In this document: positions 28,182-32,000 of the stretch, piece after piece
How positions within the stretch are numbered: the first letter of the stretch is position 1
How the letters are laid out: each line of letters starts with the position of its first letter
Source: Desulfotalea psychrophila LSv54
GTDB lineage: Bacteria > Desulfobacterota > Desulfobulbia > Desulfobulbales > Desulfocapsaceae
Direction of reading: 5' to 3'
NCBI RefSeq assembly: GCF_000025945.1
Contig: NC_006138.1
Location: 330,001 to 362,000 of the forward strand
DNA length: 32,000 nucleotides
Translations under genes and position numbers: made by a program
Notes under the pieces: generated by a model
What the model was told of the DNA's origin: nothing
The model's input: the letters and a program-made list of their open reading frames with translations, nothing else
Databases searched by the model: none

Positions 28182-28189
28182 TTTTCCTC

Positions 28190-29122
28190 TTATTTTAAGT
28201 TATCCGGAAAAAGCATCTTTCCACATAGAGAGACATCATAGCCAACAAAAGAATCAGCTAATTGTCGAAAGGTCTCCTCGTGCAACAAACCAATGAAATC
28301 CTGAATGCCTCGCTCAAAGAACCTTTCCTTACTTATAATAAGGTCAAACCTCTCCCAACGAAGAGGGACAAAATCAAGATCAAGCATACCTGCAATCGCC
28401 CGAATACCAGGTGCCGCGTCAACCCTACCGGCAAGCACCTCCAGACCTCCATCCAAATGGCGACTCACCTCGCGGGAATAACCATCTATCTTTTGACTGG
28501 AAATCCTTCGTATAGAAAGTTCATGATCCAAAAGCACACGCGTACCTGTGCCCTGAGGACGATTGACAATGGAGATACCTTTTCGGGCAAGATCTTCTAT
28601 CCCCTCAATGCCCTTAGGATTTCCCTTGGCCACCAGCAGGCCCTGCTCTCTCTTACTAAAATTGACAAAAACGGGCGCTTGTTCGAGCTCCTGACTGGCA
28701 AAATCGAAGTTATACTCCTCATTCTCATCTTGCAAGAGATGACAGACACCAATATGGCATAATCCACGCCGCAGGGAAGAGACCCCGCCCATACTACCAA
28801 GATTTGCAAAAAAGGCAATTCGCCTTGGATAACGTCGTTGAAAAAGAGCGAGTGTCTGCTGAAAGAGGGGATCATCGCTACCGGCAACCAAAAGAATTAG
28901 GTCATCCACCGAAACCGTTGCAGGACGATAGTTTGTAACATTTACCTCAAGCCATTCCGCCACAAGCCTACGGGGAAACAACCATTTACCAGTGACCTTG
29001 CTGGCAGGTAGGCCCTTGTCATTCACAAGGGAATAAACCATCTTTTCATTTACATGTAAGAGTTCTGCTACCTCTTTCGTTGTAAGAAAAGGATTATCTT
29101 CTTGCCTTCTCATATAATTCAA
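28190..29122 (-). CDS. HTH (excisionase/MerR-like) DNA-binding protein fused to a periplasmic-binding-like domain; candidate oxyanion regulator
   Basis: 'PFLTTKEVAELLHVNEKMVYSLVNDKGLPASKVTGKWLFPRRLVAEWL', then 'ILLVAGSDDPLFQQTLALF', 'IVNRPQGTGTRVLLDHEL'. Starts the tup gene row; 8 nt from tupA. Confidence 0.88.
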   Translation of the reverse strand: MNYMRRQEDNPFLTTKEVAELLHVNEKMVYSLVNDKGLPASKVTGKWLFPRRLVAEWLEVNVTNYRPATVSVDDLILLVAGSDDPLFQQTLALFQRRYPRRIAFFANLGSMGGVSSLRRGLCHIGVCHLLQDENEEYNFDFASQELEQAPVFVNFSKREQGLLVAKGNPKGIEGIEDLARKGISIVNRPQGTGTRVLLDHELSIRRISSQKIDGYSREVSRHLDGGLEVLAGRVDAAPGIRAIAGMLDLDFVPLRWERFDLIISKERFFERGIQDFIGLLHEETFRQLADSFVGYDVSLCGKMLFPDNLK

Positions 29123-29397
29123 TAGTCAAAACGGGGTTACCAAAAAGGAGGTACGTCACGGAACCCTTTCCTGGCAGGGAAACAGAAGAACCATAACGCA
29201 CCAAATACCAACAAGAAATAACAATAACCCCTAAAGAAATAGACAAAAAAGATGTGCTTTTCAAGCATTAAACCCTCTGAAGAGCAAATAAACCAAGAGA
29301 ATACGCCCCAGAGGATAAGAAATGACCAAGAACAACCAAGACACCTATGCGGTCATTAAAACATCTCTCATAAAGCACCACTCTTGCCTAGGCAATC

Positions 29398-30576
29398 CTA
29401 GCTCGACAAGCGCCCCAATCCCATCGCCAACGACGAAAGCCCCGAAGAGCGCATCATTACGTAGGGTTTTTGACACTGCTTACATATCTTCTTCACGGTC
29501 AGACAGGCATCATGGCTCACGCAATCAACGGGACACATAACTGCATCTGCCTGAGCAAGCATAAGGGGCAGCCTACTCTTAGACTCCTCCTTACCTCCAT
29601 CATGGTGCAAAAAAGAGCCACCACTCTTTTCCACCAATGCTCGATAATGCGGAACCATCTTATGCATTCCACCAACATAGAGAACAAGCTTGCCACAGAG
29701 ATCTTTGCCTGGGCAGCTCTCTGTATGAGCCCTACCGCAACGAGCACAGCCTAAATCAAACAGGGATGCCTGCACAGATTTTTCCAGAAGAATATTCTCC
29801 TGTCTCTGCTGAGATATCTCCTGCTCAAGGCGCATAGCATTCTTCTGCAACTGGCCATTATGCTTTTCCAATTTTGCTATATAGAGAAGATGCTCCTCAT
29901 TCTCCCTCTCTAGCACACCCTTTACTGCCGGCGGAAAGCCCCCGGCAGATGAAGCAGATGAGCCCTTTTTTTCACGTTTTTTCAACTCTGCCTTAAGCGC
30001 TATGACCTCCTGCTTCTCTTTTCGCACCCGCTTTTCATGCAAAAATTGCCGATGAACTAACTGCGCATCGACATTTTTTTGTTTTTGCAGAGAGGAGGCT
30101 AACTTCTTTTTGATTCTCAAAAGCTCACTGACACTATCGTGAGACATCATATGCACATCCCCATAACACTCGGAGAGGACTGCCCCCGGAATATGGGGGT
30201 GAGAGCACACTGCCCAAAAAGCACCGGCGACCTCTCCAGCCTCCAGAGACTTTTGCCAAAGCCTACACAGATCCTCGCTCTCCCTAAGTCTGTGAAAGGA
30301 GATAATATACCTCTGATACTTCAAATTAAGAAGTTTCTGCATGGCCACACTTGCCACACATTGGTAATGGGCAAAACGAACAAACCTCGTGTGCAATTCA
30401 AAAGGAGAGACAAATTCTCCACCACGAACCTCTCTCTTTTTATTTATCTTAACCAGTTCTGGCTGGGTGATACAGGTACCAATAATGGCACATTGATAGC
30501 CATCTGGAACATCCCATAAATTCCGTCCCTTACCGCCAGTACAACGTTGAACCCTTCGCGCCTTTAAGCTTGCCAT
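29398..30576 (-). CDS. DUF2325-like protein with central coiled coil
   Basis: 392 aa. C-terminal 'KLVLYVGGMHKMVPHYRALVEKSGGSFLHHDGG...ADAVMCPVDCVSHDACLTVKKICKQCQKPYVMMRSSGLSSLAMGL'. Central Lys/Glu-rich coiled coil and a CARCGRAHTESC cluster. Confidence 0.83.
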   Translation of the reverse strand: MASLKARRVQRCTGGKGRNLWDVPDGYQCAIIGTCITQPELVKINKKREVRGGEFVSPFELHTRFVRFAHYQCVASVAMQKLLNLKYQRYIISFHRLRESEDLCRLWQKSLEAGEVAGAFWAVCSHPHIPGAVLSECYGDVHMMSHDSVSELLRIKKKLASSLQKQKNVDAQLVHRQFLHEKRVRKEKQEVIALKAELKKREKKGSSASSAGGFPPAVKGVLERENEEHLLYIAKLEKHNGQLQKNAMRLEQEISQQRQENILLEKSVQASLFDLGCARCGRAHTESCPGKDLCGKLVLYVGGMHKMVPHYRALVEKSGGSFLHHDGGKEESKSRLPLMLAQADAVMCPVDCVSHDACLTVKKICKQCQKPYVMMRSSGLSSLAMGLGRLSS

Positions 30577-31081
30577 CCCCCCTCCTCAAAACATTATCAG
30601 CCAAGCAATCAATATATTAAACACCCCTAACTTTTACCGTCTTAATATAAAAAAAGCAAATATCTTACCTAAAACAAGGAGGTTTCTCAAAAGAGGCTGA
30701 CCAGCTCCACCACGCCAGTCAACAGGACTAGATCAGATGCCAGAACAAGCCCCGGCAGACTCTTCCGTTCATCGGCACCTAGTCAGCCCCATTCTGTTCA
30801 TGCCCCCTTAGCCCTTGAGCCTCGGTAAAAATTTGCAAAAGCACTTCACCTGAAGGCCTGCATCGATCCGCAACGGATGAGGGTGAGGTACACGCTTCAC
30901 TCTCTTTTTTCAAAGAGGGGTATAAAAAAAGCCCAACAAACCCAAGCAGATCTTTACGACCACCAACGGATCTGGTAAAAGAAATAATAGGGGCTATATT
31001 GCTGTAAGAACGTCTAGTTTCTCCAACTGAACAACGGATCGCTCTGCTCTATTTTTTACACCAAGAGGACGCTATAAGAAG

Positions 31082-31260
31082 AGTTCTATTGTAGATGATG
31101 ATATTGCTCTGGATGCTGCAGAGAAATTTAAGTAAATGCTCCTCCATGTTGAATTCCTTGTTAGCAGTTCGGGGAAACAGACTCTCTCCTGCCTGAGTAG
31201 CAGAAGTGCTCAGTTGGTGGTAAACGATATCAATATGCCCGGGATGAATGGCCTGGACGA
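31082..31260 (+). pseudogene. Remnant of a response-regulator receiver domain
   Basis: One frame reads 'SIVDDDIALDAAEKFK*MLLHVEFLVSSSGKQTLSCLSSRSAQLVVNDINMPGMNGLD' with an internal TAA at 31133-31135. Confidence 0.75.
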
Positions 31261-31421
31261 GGACGAACAATTTCAGGACGGCACCCTGCAAGTATCCGGG
31301 GAGCAGAGGCACCTGCAATAAGCGCCAGGACAGACCTGCAAACTCTCTTGCTAAAAGCTACAGTTAACAATAACGAAACAACAGAGAGGATAGCGAACGA
31401 GAAGAATTTGCAACCAATAAA

Positions 31422-31763
31422 TTTGTTGAGCAGTGCATCGACATCAAAGGCGTTAACACCGCATACCTCGTTGGCCGGGATGGTTTTCCCCAGAACAGTA
31501 TCACCCGCCAGAGTATCAATACTGAAATGATAGGGGCAATTGTCTCCTCCGGTTTTAGTTCTGCCAAATCCATGGCAAACCAGCTAGGATAGTGAGAACT
31601 TAATACAACCATGTTAGAATATGAAAATAGCCCCGTCAGGACTGCCCCTTTTGCTCGCGAGGCATTTCTCGTTGCCATAGCTGATCGGGAAACAAATTTG
31701 GCTTGATCAAGAATCAGTATCAAGAAAAATACAAAGAGAATAAAACAGGCAGCGGGTCTCTAA
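31422..31763 (+). pseudogene. Remnant of a roadblock/LC7-domain protein
   Basis: One frame reads 'FVEQCIDIKGVNTAYLVGRDGFPQNSITRQSINTEMIGAIVSSGFSSAKSMANQLG**ELNTTMLEYENSPVRTAPFAREAFLVAIADRETNLA*SRISIKKNTKRIKQAAGL*' with stops at 31590, 31593 and 31704. Confidence 0.75.
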
Positions 31764-31817
31764 AGGATCTGTAAAAAATATACGTGTTCCAAACACATAA
31801 CAATTAATTAATTGCAA

Positions 31818-32000
31818 ATGAAGATAATTGGACATAGAGGTTCAGCAGGTACGACACCGGAAAACACCCTCCTCTCTTTCGCTGAAGTGATGAAAAGTGG
31901 AGCATACGCCATAGAATTTGATGTACAAAAATGCGCCACAGGCCAGCTCGTTGTCATCCACGATCCACGCGTCGACAGGACAACAAATGGTTCAGGACTT
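31818..32000 (+). CDS. Glycerophosphodiester phosphodiesterase, 5' partial, runs off the window
   Basis: 'MKIIGHRGSAGTTPENTLLSFAEVMKSGAYAIEFDVQKCATGQLVVIHDPRVDRTTNGSG' carries the GHRG, PENT, E.DV and HD motifs. Confidence 0.93.
   Translation, partial: MKIIGHRGSAGTTPENTLLSFAEVMKSGAYAIEFDVQKCATGQLVVIHDPRVDRTTNGSGL

Overview
The window is 32 kb of ordinary-looking bacterial chromosome. Gene content and codon style suggest a deltaproteobacterial or Desulfotalea-like sulfate reducer, but that taxonomic guess is inference only.

Supported content, left to right:
- Lrp/AsnC regulator, divergent dihydrolipoamide dehydrogenase, and a beta-flower-like small protein.
- KefB/CPA2 antiporter overlapping a cation P-type ATPase.
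- Zn-ribbon/TM/trypsin-like protease, glycosyltransferase and PNPOx-like protein.
- A DHFR strikingly similar to the trimethoprim-resistance DfrA1 family, directly abutting a decayed PAS-domain gene.
- Heme-sensor GGDEF protein, msrA and sodB.
- A minus-strand ynjB-ynjC-[insert]-ynjD-ynjF cluster headed by a TrkA-N ion channel. The insert holds two unknown small genes and a frameshifted HD/(p)ppGpp-hydrolase-like gene.
- amtB-glnK plus a 50-aa small ORF.
- A minus-strand tungstate-type ABC operon: HTH-PBP regulator, tupA, terminator-like hairpin, tupB, tupC, nucleosidase.
- A DUF2325-like protein, then a graveyard of REC and roadblock/LC7 remnants, then the start of a glycerophosphodiester phosphodiesterase gene.

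I saw no tRNA, rRNA, CRISPR array, transposase or phage gene. The best candidates for something new are the coupled unknown gene pair with its HD partner (16105-17553), the environmental dfrA-like gene and its context, and the protease with a coiled coil between its catalytic residues.
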